From positions 1 through 64,000 of the forward strand of contig JAUCBJ010001088.1 in NCBI GenBank assembly GCA_032718475.1: DNA of 64,000 nucleotides, given 5' to 3'. This DNA is from Nemertoderma westbladi (Eukaryota > Animalia > Xenacoelomorpha). The notes below the pieces were generated by a model. It worked only from the letters and a program-made list of their open reading frames with translations, searched no databases and had not been told where the DNA came from. Shown here in pieces: positions 63,575-64,000 of this stretch. Position numbers and translations under genes: made by a program. The first letter of the stretch is position 1. Each line of letters begins with the position of its first letter.

Positions 63575-64000
63575 ATCTGCTATATGAGTTTATTAATATT
63601 ATAATGAGTTTATATTTAGGCGAGCGGGCGTCGCTGCCTACCCCTCTCTGCCCCCGGACAGTGCGAGATCCTCAGCGCTGGTGTACTTTTGCCGATGTGC
63701 CTATCGCCAACGTCGTAGCTGCACAACGACTACAACAACCAGCACGAGTCACTCCACCGTCCGTCCCAAAGGCTTAGATATACTTCAGGTTCTTCCATTA
63801 ATTAATGGAATTTTGGGAATATTATAAATTGTATAAAAATAACAATTTATTGAATTCATTAAAATATGAATTTAAATTTATTCCCGTAAATTTTATTATT
63901 TAATGTTAAATAGACACAATTTTATTCCAGAACAAGTCTGGGGACTGGGATCCTTGATTCTAGGGATTTGTCCTTTTAAGAGTATCGGTAAGTGCTACGA

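Overview
Eukaryotic, most likely invertebrate-animal, repeat-rich DNA with no recognisable intact host gene. In order: (1) a 12.8-kb array of a 41-bp hairpin satellite with higher-order periods of 1443 and 4497 bp. (2) A 63-bp minisatellite split by a complete BEL/Pao LTR retrotransposon (element A, 16811-38097). Element A itself carries a TTAA-flanked Kolobok-type non-autonomous DNA element (21016-23121) and a younger complete BEL/Pao element (element B, 23549-34947). (3) A mixed zone with a tRNA-derived SINE, candidate low-complexity exons, a minimal hammerhead ribozyme, CR1/L2 and RTE LINE fragments, a piggyBac-like MITE and several minisatellites. (4) An 80-bp satellite (about 86 units) interrupted by a young 5'-truncated RTE LINE. 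The most unusual signals: element B has no tRNA-type PBS, but the sequence abutting its 5' LTR is complementary to an initiator-like site in its own LTR (candidate Tf1-style self-priming). Element B's 3' region holds an SH3-like relic. The 80-bp monomer parses as a 30-nt exon plus a 50-nt GT-AG intron. Nearly all ORFs called inside the satellites are artefacts. All alignments and counts were done by eye; no database search was possible.
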